From NCBI GenBank assembly GCA_035507075.1, contig DATJOL010000129.1, forward strand, positions 17,052 through 81,051: 64,000 nt of DNA, read 5' to 3'. The notes beneath the pieces were generated by a model. The model did no database searches, was not told the DNA's origin, and saw only the letters and a program-made list of their open reading frames with translations. The stretch comes from Candidatus Aquilonibacter sp. (lineage in GTDB: Bacteria > Acidobacteriota > Terriglobia > Acidiferrales > UBA7541). This document shows positions 8,945 through 18,909 of this stretch, piece after piece. The translations under genes and the position numbers were made by a program. Position 1 is the first letter of the stretch, and the number at the start of each line of letters is the position of its first letter.

Positions 8945-9880
8945 ATGCAAATGTGGTTTGCTCGCGGCAGCGGCGTCACGCTACGCGAGCAGCTCGTGAC
9001 GCAGGTGATTTTGGGCATCCTGAGCGGGGACCTCGCGCCGGGCCAGCGGTTGCCGAGCACGCGCGAGCTTGCGCGCCGATTCCGGCTGCACCCGAATACC
9101 GCGAGCGCGGGATATAAGCAGCTTGAACGCGAAGAGTGGGTAGAATTCCGGCGCGGGAGCGGAGTATACGTGCACGCCTCGAAGCCGCAAGCTGCTCTGG
9201 CGCCGACGCTTGCGCTCGATCAGTTGATTGCGGAGTTGTTTCGCTCTGCGAGAGGGCTAAGTTTGCCGCTCGCGATTGTGCGCTCTCGCTTGAGCCATTG
9301 GATCGATTTGCAGCCGCCGGACCATTTTCTGCTCATTGAGCCCAACGAAGAGCTGCGGCGAATTCTTTTATCGGAAATCGGGCGTGTGGTGACTCTGCCG
9401 GTCAAGGGAATACATCCCGAGCATCCGGACCTTGCGCATGCAGTTGAAAGCTGCATTCCGGCTGCGTTGCCGAGCCAAGCGAAGGCTATCGGCCCCGCAC
9501 TTCGACGCGGGGCGGATCCCCTCATCTTGCGAGTGAATTCGGTCCCGAAGTCGCTGGCGCCCTGGCTGCCCGCTCCGACGGGCTCGCTGGTTGGCGTAGC
9601 GTCACGTTGGCCGGGGTTCCTGAAACTTGGACGAAATGTTCTCGCAGCGGCAGGTTTTACGCCCGAGGGCCTTCTCATCCGCGATGCACGAAAACCAGGG
9701 TGGCAACGTGGATTAAGCGAAACCGCGGCAGTAGCATGCGACTCAGTTACGGCGGGTGAACTGCCGAAGGGTGCCCGGGCGATCATATTTCCGCTGCTGT
9801 CCGAAGCGGCGGTGAACGACCTTCGGCGCTATGACGAATTTGTCCGAACCCCGCTGCTTTTCCCCCAGGCCAATTCCTAA
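8945..9880 (+). CDS. GntR family transcriptional regulator with C-terminal effector-like domain
   Basis: Winged HTH: GDLAPGQRLPSTRELARRFRLHPNTASAGYKQLEREEWVEFRRGSGVYV. Confidence 0.8.
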   Translation: MQMWFARGSGVTLREQLVTQVILGILSGDLAPGQRLPSTRELARRFRLHPNTASAGYKQLEREEWVEFRRGSGVYVHASKPQAALAPTLALDQLIAELFRSARGLSLPLAIVRSRLSHWIDLQPPDHFLLIEPNEELRRILLSEIGRVVTLPVKGIHPEHPDLAHAVESCIPAALPSQAKAIGPALRRGADPLILRVNSVPKSLAPWLPAPTGSLVGVASRWPGFLKLGRNVLAAAGFTPEGLLIRDARKPGWQRGLSETAAVACDSVTAGELPKGARAIIFPLLSEAAVNDLRRYDEFVRTPLLFPQANS

Positions 9881-9990
9881 GGAGACGGCCGTGTCTCCCA
9901 TTTTGTGACACCTTCGAAAGTGCCACACGAGGCGGCGACTGCATAATGGGGCCGGTTTACAGTAGCGGCCGCTCAGAAAGGAGCCGCGCC

Positions 9991-10524
9991 ATGCGCCAGG
10001 CTGTCATAACCCTGCTAGCTGCTCTAATGCTTTCTCCAGTCCTTACGGCCAAGGACAAAAGCGACTGGAGAAATGTGGAGAAGCTCAAGCCGGGGACATC
10101 AGTTGTGGTCGAGTATTGGAATGGGAGCCGGGTCCGAGGCCGGATCGAATCGGTGGATGATTCCGAACTCGTGCTTGTCCCACGTTATCCGAACCCGCAT
10201 CCGGGTCTGGTTCGGCCGGTTGATCGCACTGCCATCTGGAAGATAGTCCGGTCAGGCAAGAGGCAAAAATTGCCCGATATGGGAAAGTGCGCAGTTATAG
10301 GGTCGGTGGTGCTTGGCGCAGGCTTGGCGATCGAGGCGGGCATAGACTCAGGTACCAGCGTGGGGACTCTATTGGGCGGTAGTATCGGGGCATTAGGAGG
10401 TTACGGATTTGGCCCGGCGGCGTGCGGGTTGGCCGTGATGGTGAGCCTGCCGTTTACGCTCCGGGTGCCAAAGCTGGTGTATCAGGATATCGGCCCCAAG
10501 CCTTTGCCGGCGGTAAGCCCCTGA
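9991..10524 (+). CDS. hypothetical secreted/membrane protein
   Basis: ATG at 9991 preceded by AAAGGAG. Signal peptide MRQAVITLLAALMLSPVLTA. Gly-rich hydrophobic C-terminus. Confidence 0.55.
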   Translation: MRQAVITLLAALMLSPVLTAKDKSDWRNVEKLKPGTSVVVEYWNGSRVRGRIESVDDSELVLVPRYPNPHPGLVRPVDRTAIWKIVRSGKRQKLPDMGKCAVIGSVVLGAGLAIEAGIDSGTSVGTLLGGSIGALGGYGFGPAACGLAVMVSLPFTLRVPKLVYQDIGPKPLPAVSP

Positions 10525-10534
10525 TTCCGCCGAT

Positions 10535-10563
10535 TTGCCGGAGCCGCGCAAATCCTTTATAAT
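10535..10563 (+). promoter_or_regulatory. sigma70-type promoter for greA
   Basis: TTGCCG (10535-10540), 17-nt spacer, TATAAT (10558-10563), 45 nt upstream of the greA start. Confidence 0.5.
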
Positions 10564-10608
10564 CGCAGAGAATTTTCAAGGGGCGTTGTCTGCCGTTCTG
10601 ACGTTGTC

Positions 10609-11088
10609 ATGACCGATCTAGCCGAAAAAATTAAGAAAAAGCTCAAGGACGAAATCGCGGCCCTCGAGCACGAATTGCACGACGAGCTGCCCAAGGAGAT
10701 CAAGGTGGCGCGGGCGCATGGCGATCTTTCTGAGAACGCGGAATACAAGTACGCGAAGGAGCGCCAAGGATACGTTGCCGCGCGATTGGGCCAGCTGCAC
10801 AAGCGCATGGCCGACCTTTCGATGTTGAACTTGAACAATCTGCCGAAGGATCGCGCGGCCTACGGCTCGCGGATCATCGTGCTCGATGTGGCGAAATCGG
10901 CGCGTATTACATACAAGCTTGTGACCGTAGAAGAGGCGGATGTGGCGAAAGGCATGATTTCCACGACGTCGCCGATCGGTAAGGCGCTGCTGGGCAAGAA
11001 GGTGGGCGACGAAGTGACCGTCACCACCCCCGCGGGTGTGAAGGAATACGAGGTCGTCGAGCTGGCGACCATTTATGACGAAGATTAG
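10609..11088 (+). CDS. greA: transcription elongation factor GreA
   Basis: Coiled-coil N-terminus with ARAHGDLSENAEYKYAKE. C-terminal domain ISTTSPIGKALLGKKVGDEV. Confidence 0.9.
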   Translation: MTDLAEKIKKKLKDEIAALEHELHDELPKEIKVARAHGDLSENAEYKYAKERQGYVAARLGQLHKRMADLSMLNLNNLPKDRAAYGSRIIVLDVAKSARITYKLVTVEEADVAKGMISTTSPIGKALLGKKVGDEVTVTTPAGVKEYEVVELATIYDED

Positions 11089-11106
11089 GTTCGAAGAGTT
11101 CTCCGT

Positions 11107-11787
11107 ATGTTGACACGCGCTCTGGGCCGCTACCTTTCCTGGCCGATCGAACGAGTAGCGTGGCTGCTCGCCAAGACCGGCATCCCTCCCAACGTCATCA
11201 CGTGGTCAGCGCTGGTGATCAACCTGTGGGCGGCGGTGCTTTTCGCGGCGGGGCGATTCCCGGCGGGCGCAGGGCTGATGATGCTGGCGGGTTTGGGCGA
11301 TCTGCTGGACGGTCCGGTGGCGCGGCGGCAGAATCGGGTGTCGCTTTTCGGCGGATTCCTGGAGTCGATCCTCGACCGCTACGCCGACCTGATGGTTTTC
11401 CTCGGAATCCTGGTTTATTACGTGAGCGTCAACCGGTTTTTGTACGTGGTGCTGGCCAGCATCGCGATGGCCGGCGCCGTGATGGTGAGCTACGCGAAAG
11501 CGCGGGCGGAGTCGTTGGTCACGGTGGGCGAGGTGGGGTTTTGGGAGCGGCCTGAGCGGCTGGTGCTGATGATCATCGGCGGGCTGACGAACCGCATGGC
11601 GCTGGTGCTTTGGATTATTGCGATTGGCGCGAATGTGACCGTGATCCATCGCATCCTGCGCACCTGGATGCAAACCAAATCTGAAAAAGCGGGCTCGAGC
11701 AGAATTCCGCAGGCGACGCGCCCGGTCGAGCAACCCCCGGCTCCCGTGCCGAATCTTCTCACGCGAACGGCGGGACGAGGCAGGTAG
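11107..11787 (+). CDS. CDP-alcohol phosphatidyltransferase family protein
   Basis: DLLDGPVARR...GGFLESILDRYADL matches D-x2-DG-x2-AR...G-x3-D-x3-D. Multiple TM helices. Confidence 0.85.
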   Translation: MLTRALGRYLSWPIERVAWLLAKTGIPPNVITWSALVINLWAAVLFAAGRFPAGAGLMMLAGLGDLLDGPVARRQNRVSLFGGFLESILDRYADLMVFLGILVYYVSVNRFLYVVLASIAMAGAVMVSYAKARAESLVTVGEVGFWERPERLVLMIIGGLTNRMALVLWIIAIGANVTVIHRILRTWMQTKSEKAGSSRIPQATRPVEQPPAPVPNLLTRTAGRGR

Positions 11788-12072
11788 ATGTGGAAGCTGG
11801 TTGGCGCGATCGGCCTGATCGTGATTTGCGCGGGGATCGACCTCTTATGGCAATCGCGGCGTGAACTAGTTTTTTGGACCGCTGCATTTGTGGGCACCTT
11901 CCGAGCGCTCCTGCGCCACCAGCAACCGCAACCTCTTTTACCGGCAGGCAGGGCAAGTGACGGCCGCCATCATGCTGCTCGCGTCTTCTTAGGAGCGGGG
12001 CTTGCATTTGTGGTTGGCCCGATCCTGCTTGCGCTCGGCGTTACGCTTCTCGTGCTTTACCCGAATCTATAG
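11788..12072 (+). CDS. hypothetical small membrane protein (weak call)
   Basis: ATG abuts the previous stop (TAGATG). Two hydrophobic segments. No homology recognised. Confidence 0.3.
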   Translation: MWKLVGAIGLIVICAGIDLLWQSRRELVFWTAAFVGTFRALLRHQQPQPLLPAGRASDGRHHAARVFLGAGLAFVVGPILLALGVTLLVLYPNL

Positions 12073-12220
12073 TCGAGGTGCGCGGTTTGCGGACCTCTCT
12101 CCGCAACGTTATAGAGATTCTGTTGGTGCTCGCGGTCTCCCGGGCGACTTGTTGCAATTGCCTCCCCTTAGAGTGAGCACTACAATACCGAAGCACAAAA
12201 TTCAGATCCGGAGAAAAGCT

Positions 12221-12730
12221 ATGCCGATACGCGATGCGTTGCTCGCAGAATTTGATCACGAGATGGCTACTACGCGGAAGTTTTTGGAACGCGTGCCTGA
12301 AGACAAACCCGCGTGGAAACCTCACGAGAAGTCGATGCCGCTGGGGCGGCTCGCGGCGCATGTGGCGGAGCTTCCCGGCTGGGCGGCTACGGCGCTGACG
12401 CAAGACAGCCTGGACATCAATCCGCCGGGCGGGCCGGGCTTTACGCCGGCACAGATGACGTCTCGCAAACAACTGCTGGAGCTTTTTGATGCGAGCGTGG
12501 CGAAGGCTCGCAAGGCGATATCCACGGTGTCGGACGAGGATTTGGGCAAGCCGTGGTCGCTATTGAACAGCGGCAGGGTGATTTTCACGCAGCCTCGTGG
12601 AGCGATTTTGCGGACGTTTGCCTTCAGCCATGTGATTCATCATCGCGCGCAGCTGGGCGTGTATCTGCGCATGAATAATATTGCCGTACCCGCGACGTAC
12701 GGGCCGTCGGCGGACGAAGGCGGAAGGTAA
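12221..12730 (+). CDS. DinB family protein
   Basis: ATG at 12221. Four-helix-bundle pattern with HVAELPGW...SHVIHHRAQLGVYLR. The upstream part of the ORF from 12002 is low quality. Confidence 0.8.
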   Translation: MPIRDALLAEFDHEMATTRKFLERVPEDKPAWKPHEKSMPLGRLAAHVAELPGWAATALTQDSLDINPPGGPGFTPAQMTSRKQLLELFDASVAKARKAISTVSDEDLGKPWSLLNSGRVIFTQPRGAILRTFAFSHVIHHRAQLGVYLRMNNIAVPATYGPSADEGGR

Positions 12731-12792
12731 CGGTTCGTGGCAAAGCTCGCGGCGCGAAAAGACGTTGCACGAGGGGTAAAAGCGGTGATAGC

Positions 12793-13149
12793 GTGACCTC
12801 GACGGCGACAGGAGTTCCCGTGGTGGACGAGCAGACGGAACGCAGGGCCGCGCGGCGCTTTTCGATGATGCTGCCGGTCCGCCTGCGCTTTCCCGATGGG
12901 GACAGCTTCATCGAGAAAGACGGCGAGACTCGCGACGTGAGCTATCGCGGGCTTTACTTTCACACTGAGGCCGCGCCCGAGGCGGGCAGCTCGATCGAGT
13001 TTGTGCTGACGCTGCCGCAGCAGATCACGCTGGCGGGGGACGTCCACATTCGCTGCTACGGTCGCGTGCTGCGGGTGGAGGGCCAGGACGGCCGCCGGGG
13101 CGTGGCCGCGCGCATCGAGCGACACGAATTTCTTCCCGCTTCGCTTTAG
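12793..13149 (+). CDS. PilZ domain protein
   Basis: RRAARRF...(about 25 aa)...TRDVSYRGLYF fits the RxxxR ... D/NxSxxG c-di-GMP-binding motifs. Confidence 0.75.
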   Translation: MTSTATGVPVVDEQTERRAARRFSMMLPVRLRFPDGDSFIEKDGETRDVSYRGLYFHTEAAPEAGSSIEFVLTLPQQITLAGDVHIRCYGRVLRVEGQDGRRGVAARIERHEFLPASL

Positions 13150-13261
13150 CCTTTTCGGCCCGCGTGGCATTTCCCATTTACCAGCGCGCTTACAGATCGC
13201 TCTTTTTCCTCCGCTCCATTCCTGTATTCTTGTGATTCGCACGAAAACCGAGGAATTTGCG

Positions 13262-13948
13262 ATGGCACGCCAAACGCTGCTGATCGACGCGGACGATACG
13301 CTCTGGGAAAACAATATTTTCTTCGAGAAGACGATCGAGCATTTTATCTCGCAGCTCGAACATCTCGGTTACACACGCGATTACGTGCGGCACATCCTCA
13401 ATGAGACCGAGCGGCGCAATATTCGGCAGCATGGGTATGGCGTGCGGAGTTTTCGACGATCGCTGGAGGATACGTACCTGAAACTCGCGGGCAACGGTTC
13501 GCGGGGCGAAATCATGGACGAAATCCAGCGCATCGCCAACGAATTGGAGAACACGCCGCCGCACATCATGGACGGCGTGCCGGAAACGCTGGCCTACCTT
13601 GCGAAACACAACCGGTTGATTCTGCTCACGAAGGGCGAACCCGCGGAGCAGGCGGCGAAGGTGGAACGCTCTGGCCTGCAAACGTATTTCGACGCGATCG
13701 AGATCGTGATCGAAAAGGAAGCCTCGACTTACGAGCGGATGATCGAGCAATTCAAGATCGTGAAGTCGCACGGCTGGATGGTGGGCAACAGCCCGCGCAG
13801 CGACATCAATCCGGCGATGCGCTCGGGACTGAATGCGGTGTTCATTCCGCACGCGGCCACGTGGGAACTCGAGAAGTGCGAAATCGAAAACGGTGCGGGG
13901 AAACTGCTGATTCTTTCCGCGTTCCGCGAACTGCGCGCGCATTTTTAG
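13262..13948 (+). CDS. HAD family hydrolase
   Basis: Motif I LLIDADDTLWEN. ATG at 13262 with SD GAGGA 7 nt upstream (the ORF track begins at GTG 13232). Confidence 0.8.
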   Translation: MARQTLLIDADDTLWENNIFFEKTIEHFISQLEHLGYTRDYVRHILNETERRNIRQHGYGVRSFRRSLEDTYLKLAGNGSRGEIMDEIQRIANELENTPPHIMDGVPETLAYLAKHNRLILLTKGEPAEQAAKVERSGLQTYFDAIEIVIEKEASTYERMIEQFKIVKSHGWMVGNSPRSDINPAMRSGLNAVFIPHAATWELEKCEIENGAGKLLILSAFRELRAHF

Positions 13949-14056
13949 GCTGACGCGCGCCCGCGTTTCGGAGCCCGGCTTTCTGCGGCCAAATTGTCCT
14001 TGGCGAGGAAGGCTTTGGCAGTTCGCATCCGCGGCCGCGCTCGATAAAATTTCCGC

Positions 14057-15217
14057 ATGACAAACCAAGCGTTGTCTCTATCGAGTGCTTACCGGCAGGA
14101 GTTCGCCGATTTTGAAGGTGTGGCTTACCTGAATGCGGCACTGCAAGGGCCTATGCCGCTCGTCTCCGAGCGCGCGGCGGTTGAGGCGATCGAATGGAAG
14201 AAGCATCCGTATCGCTTGCCCGACAGCGCCTATTTCGATATTCCTGACCGCATCCGCGAAAGAATCGCGCGGCTGATCAATGCGCGGCCGGAAGAGATCG
14301 CGGTCACGACAGGCGCGAGTTCGGGGATGGCGTGCGTGGCCGCGGGCATCGACTGGAAGCCCGGCGACGAGGTGCTGATCGCGCGCGGCGAATTTCCCGC
14401 CCACTTCGCGACGTGGCTGCGTTATCAACAAGCGGGAAAGCTGCGCATGCGCGTGGTCGAGCCGCGCGGGCGGTTCATCAGCGCGGACGATTACATCGAG
14501 GCGATTGGACCGCGCACGCGCGTTGTCTCCGCCAGCCTCGTCCGTTTTGATAATGGCGCGATGCTCGACGCGGCACGCGTGGCGCGTGCCTGCGAGGCCG
14601 CAGGCGCGGCGCTGCTGCTGGACGTGACGCAGTGCGCGGGAGCGGTGAAGTTTGGCATTCGCGATCTGGGCGCGAGCATGGCCGTTTGCAGCGGGTATAA
14701 ATGGCTGCTTGGCCCTTACGGGACGGGATTTTTCTGGATCGCCGGCGAGTGGATCGAGCGGCTGCCGCTGGGCGCCACATATTTCATGGCGCTGGAAGGC
14801 GCGCGCGATTTTCATAGCCTATCGTGCGGCGAATTTCGGGCCGAGCCGGGCGCACGGCGCTGGGATTCGGCCGAGACCGGCAACTTCACGAATTTGGCGG
14901 CGTTTGATGCGTCGCTGGCGCTTCTCGATCGCATCGGTGCAGAGGGTGTGCAGCAATATACCAATGCGCTGGTGGACGAGATCATCGGGGCGATGCCGCG
15001 CGACCGCTATGTGCTGGCTTCGCCGGAAGCGCGTGAGCGGCGCGGGCCGTACGTGTGCATTTCGGCCGTCAATCCGAGCGACACGCAGGCGGTTCACGAG
15101 AGGCTCCGCGCGGCGCAAGTGTCGGTGAGCTTGCGCGGGACGGCTTTGAGAATCGCGCCCTATATTTACAACACGCGGGAGGAAATAGCGCGGTTGATCG
15201 CCATTCTCAAGTCGTGA
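14057..15217 (+). CDS. aminotransferase class V (cysteine desulfurase/selenocysteine lyase-like)
   Basis: PLP-fold pattern with CSGYKWLLGPYGTG (PLP lysine). 386 aa. Confidence 0.85.
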   Translation: MTNQALSLSSAYRQEFADFEGVAYLNAALQGPMPLVSERAAVEAIEWKKHPYRLPDSAYFDIPDRIRERIARLINARPEEIAVTTGASSGMACVAAGIDWKPGDEVLIARGEFPAHFATWLRYQQAGKLRMRVVEPRGRFISADDYIEAIGPRTRVVSASLVRFDNGAMLDAARVARACEAAGAALLLDVTQCAGAVKFGIRDLGASMAVCSGYKWLLGPYGTGFFWIAGEWIERLPLGATYFMALEGARDFHSLSCGEFRAEPGARRWDSAETGNFTNLAAFDASLALLDRIGAEGVQQYTNALVDEIIGAMPRDRYVLASPEARERRGPYVCISAVNPSDTQAVHERLRAAQVSVSLRGTALRIAPYIYNTREEIARLIAILKS

Positions 15218-15270
15218 AGCGGCGGGGACACGCTCTTCTTGTTAAAGCGGCGTCAGGATAGAATGCGGCG

Positions 15271-15993
15271 ATGCGAGTCCGCGTGCTCTTTTTCGGGCAA
15301 CTGAAAGAGATTGTGGGAACGGCGGAAGAATCAGCCGAGCTTTCCGAGGGTGCGCGCGTCGAGGACGTCTTTGAGCGCTACAGTCGGCGATTTCCGAAAT
15401 TCGCGGAGTTTCGGCCCTCGATTGCCGCTTCGCTGAATCAGGAGTACGCAGAGCCGAAGGCGGCCTTGGCGAATGGGGATGAAGTCGCGTTCCTGCCGCC
15501 CGTGAGCGGCGGCGAGGACGCGGATGGAGACATCTACCGGCTGGTGCGCGAACCGATCAATACACATGCAATCGCCGAGACCTTGAAAGCGCCGGACGAC
15601 GGTGCGCTCGTCGTTTTCGACGGATTTGTGCGAAACAATTTCAAGGGCCAAAAGACGCTCTATCTGGAATATGAAGCGTACGAGCAGATGGCCTGGGCGA
15701 AGATTCGCGAAATCGGCGCGCAGATGAGGCAGAAGTTTGCCATACGGCGGCTGGCAATCGTGCACCGGCTGGGACGGCTGGAGATTGGGGAGACGAGCGT
15801 GGTGATCGCCGTGGCCTCGGCGCACCGCGCGGCGGCCTTCGATGCCTGCCGGTACGGCATCGACACGCTGAAGCGTACCGTTCCGATCTGGAAGAAGGAA
15901 TTTTTCGAGGGCGGGGCGGTTTGGGCCGAGGGCGAGCCAGTTGAGCCCGTTCGCGAGGAAGCCATTTCCCGCCCCGGTGAATCTGAAGCGTAG
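15271..15993 (+). CDS. fused molybdopterin synthase MoaD-MoaE
   Basis: Residues 1-81 are MoaD-like and end in FLPPVSGG. The remainder is MoaE-like (VVFDGFVRN...LEYEAY...IVHRLGRLEIGE...PIWKKE). Confidence 0.85.
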   Translation: MRVRVLFFGQLKEIVGTAEESAELSEGARVEDVFERYSRRFPKFAEFRPSIAASLNQEYAEPKAALANGDEVAFLPPVSGGEDADGDIYRLVREPINTHAIAETLKAPDDGALVVFDGFVRNNFKGQKTLYLEYEAYEQMAWAKIREIGAQMRQKFAIRRLAIVHRLGRLEIGETSVVIAVASAHRAAAFDACRYGIDTLKRTVPIWKKEFFEGGAVWAEGEPVEPVREEAISRPGESEA

Positions 15994-17055
15994 ATGATTA
16001 CACCTTGGGCGAACGGGGCGACTGCGGCGAAAGGGTCGAGGTCCGCGGGGAAAAGCCTGGCGGCCGTGGCGGCGCTGGCTTGCGCGCTTGGCTTTGCTGC
16101 TCGCGTGAGCATTGCGCGCAGGCTCGGCTCGGCCGAATCCACTGCGCAAGCGGATGGTAAGTGGCATCCGTTTGGGTCGAAGGCGGGCGGCGATTCGCCG
16201 AGCGCCGCATCCCTGCCGGCCGCGCAAGGACCGGTGATCCGCTCGCAGTCGAACCTGGTGGACATCCTTACGAGCGTGATGGACAAGAATGGAAAGCCGG
16301 TCGTAGACCTGCCCGAAAGCGCGTTTTCCCTGTCGGAGGAAGGCGTCCCGCAAAAAATCGAGCGATTTGAGGCGCAGACGAGCCGTCCGGTGGACCTGGC
16401 GCTGATGATCGATTCGAGCGCCAGCGAGTACAAGGACCTGAAATTCGAGGAGGATGCCGCCGCGCATTTCATCAAGCAGGTGGTGCGGCCGGGTGATTCG
16501 CTGAGTGTGTTCGAGATTTCGGAGGCGGTCACGCAGATCGGCGAATTCTCGGATAACGCTTCGCGGCTCGAAGGAGATGTGCGCAGGATCGAGCCAGGCA
16601 GCGGGACGTCGATTTACGATGCGCTGGTGCTCGGGTCCGGTGCGCTGGGCCGGCGTCCGGAGGGGCGTCGCCGAGCTATCGTGATGCTCACGGATGCGGG
16701 CGAAACGACGAGCGGCGCTGACTTCGACGAAGCACGGCGCGCCGCGATTGCCTCCGGCGAGCTGATTTATACCATCGTGATTCGCGTGGTGAACAATGAG
16801 AACGGACGGAACACGGCGGGCGAGCACGCGTTGATAACGATCACGGACAGCACGGGCGGGGACATGTTTTTCCCGGACAGCATGAGCCAGATACCGGCGA
16901 TGTTTGACGAGATCAACCGCGAGCTGAGGACGCAATATCTGCTGGGCTACTATCCTGATCCCGTCCCGCCGCCTGGCAGCGACCGCCACGTGGCGGTGAA
17001 GGTTGATGGTCCCTACACGCTCAGCTATCGCAAGGAATATTTCACTGCCAAATAA
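15994..17055 (+). CDS. VWA domain-containing protein (acidobacterial VWFA-related type)
   Basis: MIDAS-like LALMIDSSASE...GSGTSIYDAL...IVMLTDAGET. C-terminal HVAVKVDGPYTLSYRKEYF. Confidence 0.85.
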   Translation: MITPWANGATAAKGSRSAGKSLAAVAALACALGFAARVSIARRLGSAESTAQADGKWHPFGSKAGGDSPSAASLPAAQGPVIRSQSNLVDILTSVMDKNGKPVVDLPESAFSLSEEGVPQKIERFEAQTSRPVDLALMIDSSASEYKDLKFEEDAAAHFIKQVVRPGDSLSVFEISEAVTQIGEFSDNASRLEGDVRRIEPGSGTSIYDALVLGSGALGRRPEGRRRAIVMLTDAGETTSGADFDEARRAAIASGELIYTIVIRVVNNENGRNTAGEHALITITDSTGGDMFFPDSMSQIPAMFDEINRELRTQYLLGYYPDPVPPPGSDRHVAVKVDGPYTLSYRKEYFTAK

Positions 17056-17110
17056 TCAGCTCGCGGCTGACAACTCCCGCCAGCATTGGTAATCTCTTTC
17101 CGACGCGCTT

Positions 17111-17941
17111 TTGAAACGAACAATGAACGAATTCCTCGAACTGGCTCTGGAAGCAGCGGCTGAAGCCGCCACGATTATTCGGACCGGCGCCGAACAGCCG
17201 AAGCGGATCGAATATAAAGGCGATGTGGATCTCGTAACGGATACCGACCGGCGCTCCGAGGCTGCTATCGTGGCGCGGATCCGGAGGAAATTTCCTGATC
17301 ATGCGATTGTTGCCGAAGAGGGCAGCCAGGGTGCTGCGCGCGGCGCAAGGTATACCTGGTACGTCGACCCGCTCGACGGCACGACGAATTTTGCCCACGG
17401 CTACCCGTGCTTCGCCTCTTCGATTGCATTGTATGAGGGAGAAACGCCCGTCGTCGGCGTTGTGGTGAATCCCATGTTGCAGGAAACTTTCAGCGCAGTT
17501 AGCGGCGAGGGGGCGCAGCTCAACGGCAAGGCGATTCGCGTCTCGACAATTCCCAAACTGAGCGCGAGTCTTGTCGCCACGGGTTTCCCGACGCACATGC
17601 GGCACAACAGCGCCAACATGGATTTTTACTGGGGATTTACGCTGCGCTCGCACGGGGTTCGGCGTGACGGTTCGGCGGCGCTTGACCTGTGCAGCGTGGC
17701 CTGCGGGAGGTTCGAGGGTTTCTGGGAATTCGGACTCAATTCGTGGGACACTGCGGCCGGCAGTCTGATCATTCAAGAGGCAGGCGGAAAAGTGACGTCG
17801 CTCGAGGGCGGCGAATATCCGCTGGGCGGTCCGACCATCCTCGCCTCGAATGCTCTGGTTCACGACGAAATGCGCGAGCTTTCCACGGAAATACTGGCGA
17901 AAGTCGCAGACAACAGTAAACCAGGCGCGATCGTGCGCTGA
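17111..17941 (+). CDS. suhB: inositol monophosphatase family protein
   Basis: Motifs TDTDRRSE and WYVDPLDGTTNFAHG, WDTAAG. Confidence 0.85.
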   Translation: MKRTMNEFLELALEAAAEAATIIRTGAEQPKRIEYKGDVDLVTDTDRRSEAAIVARIRRKFPDHAIVAEEGSQGAARGARYTWYVDPLDGTTNFAHGYPCFASSIALYEGETPVVGVVVNPMLQETFSAVSGEGAQLNGKAIRVSTIPKLSASLVATGFPTHMRHNSANMDFYWGFTLRSHGVRRDGSAALDLCSVACGRFEGFWEFGLNSWDTAAGSLIIQEAGGKVTSLEGGEYPLGGPTILASNALVHDEMRELSTEILAKVADNSKPGAIVR

Positions 17942-17951
17942 AGCAAGAGCA

Positions 17952-18875
17952 CTACTCGCCCGAACCGCCCATTTTGCGCTTGCGATGGAGCTTCACGGCG
18001 GAAGTCCGAAGCGTCTCGGGCACATTCTTGTTCGTTGTGAGCTTCATCAGGTCGGTCGCGTTGAGCCGCTTCATCAGGTTCAGCGAAATATCGAGGGGCG
18101 TTTTGGGGTTCAGCGTAAGGTTTTTTGCGGTCACATAGTTCTTCATAAAGAGACGCGAGAGCGAAATCGTGCGAAGCACTTCCGCGGAAAGATTCGTCTG
18201 AGAGGCAAAAAGCTCCACTTCGGAATCGGTGAGCCGCGGAGACTGCAGCACGCAGCGCTGCACCAGCTTATTGGGATCGCGGATCAGGAACAGCCGCTCC
18301 TCGCGTCCGCCCTTTAGCGCGAGCGTCAAGCGCTGTACCACGTTCATTTTCGCGATTTTCTGAGTGAGCGTCTGGCGCCGAACAGGATCGGGCTCAACGT
18401 CGGCCGCGGCTTCGTCGATTTCAGTCTGAGAGAGGGCTCCCTTTTGCATTTCGTCCAAAAGGCCACGCTGTTCGGGCGTCGCCTTGTCCGTCTTTGAAAC
18501 CTCCATCACGAGATGCGGATCCGAGCAAAACCGGGCAAGATTATCGAGGAGCGCCTGAATTCCCGCCGGAGTGAGATGCGCGGCTACGCGCGCGAGAGTT
18601 TCCGTAGGGCAAGCGTTGTTTTTGGCGAAGGCATCGGCGACGCCAGGCTTATCGGCATAATTTTCGGCGCAATAGGTGAAAAGACGCGCGTCGGCGTCAG
18701 GCCGCTCAAGCGCCGCTATGAGCGAGGGCAAAGGCACTGCCAGAAAGGCATTTTGCGCGCGTTCAGAAATGGCGGAGTCCGTGTCCGCGGTCAGCATCGC
18801 GAGGCACTCGGCGCGATCTTCGGCCGCCAGCGGCAGGCTTCCGGCGCAGAGCGCCAGCTTTTGCTCGGCGCGCAC
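17952..18875 (-). CDS. hypothetical alpha-helical repeat protein
   Basis: 307 aa. Repeated SP.LT..EV / NP.TP...L-type helical units. GTG start 34 nt downstream of the RodZ-like gene. Confidence 0.6.
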   Translation of the reverse strand: MRAEQKLALCAGSLPLAAEDRAECLAMLTADTDSAISERAQNAFLAVPLPSLIAALERPDADARLFTYCAENYADKPGVADAFAKNNACPTETLARVAAHLTPAGIQALLDNLARFCSDPHLVMEVSKTDKATPEQRGLLDEMQKGALSQTEIDEAAADVEPDPVRRQTLTQKIAKMNVVQRLTLALKGGREERLFLIRDPNKLVQRCVLQSPRLTDSEVELFASQTNLSAEVLRTISLSRLFMKNYVTAKNLTLNPKTPLDISLNLMKRLNATDLMKLTTNKNVPETLRTSAVKLHRKRKMGGSGE

Positions 18876-18909
18876 GTGCCCTGAGCGAAACGCTTCCCGT
18901 ATTTCGGCG

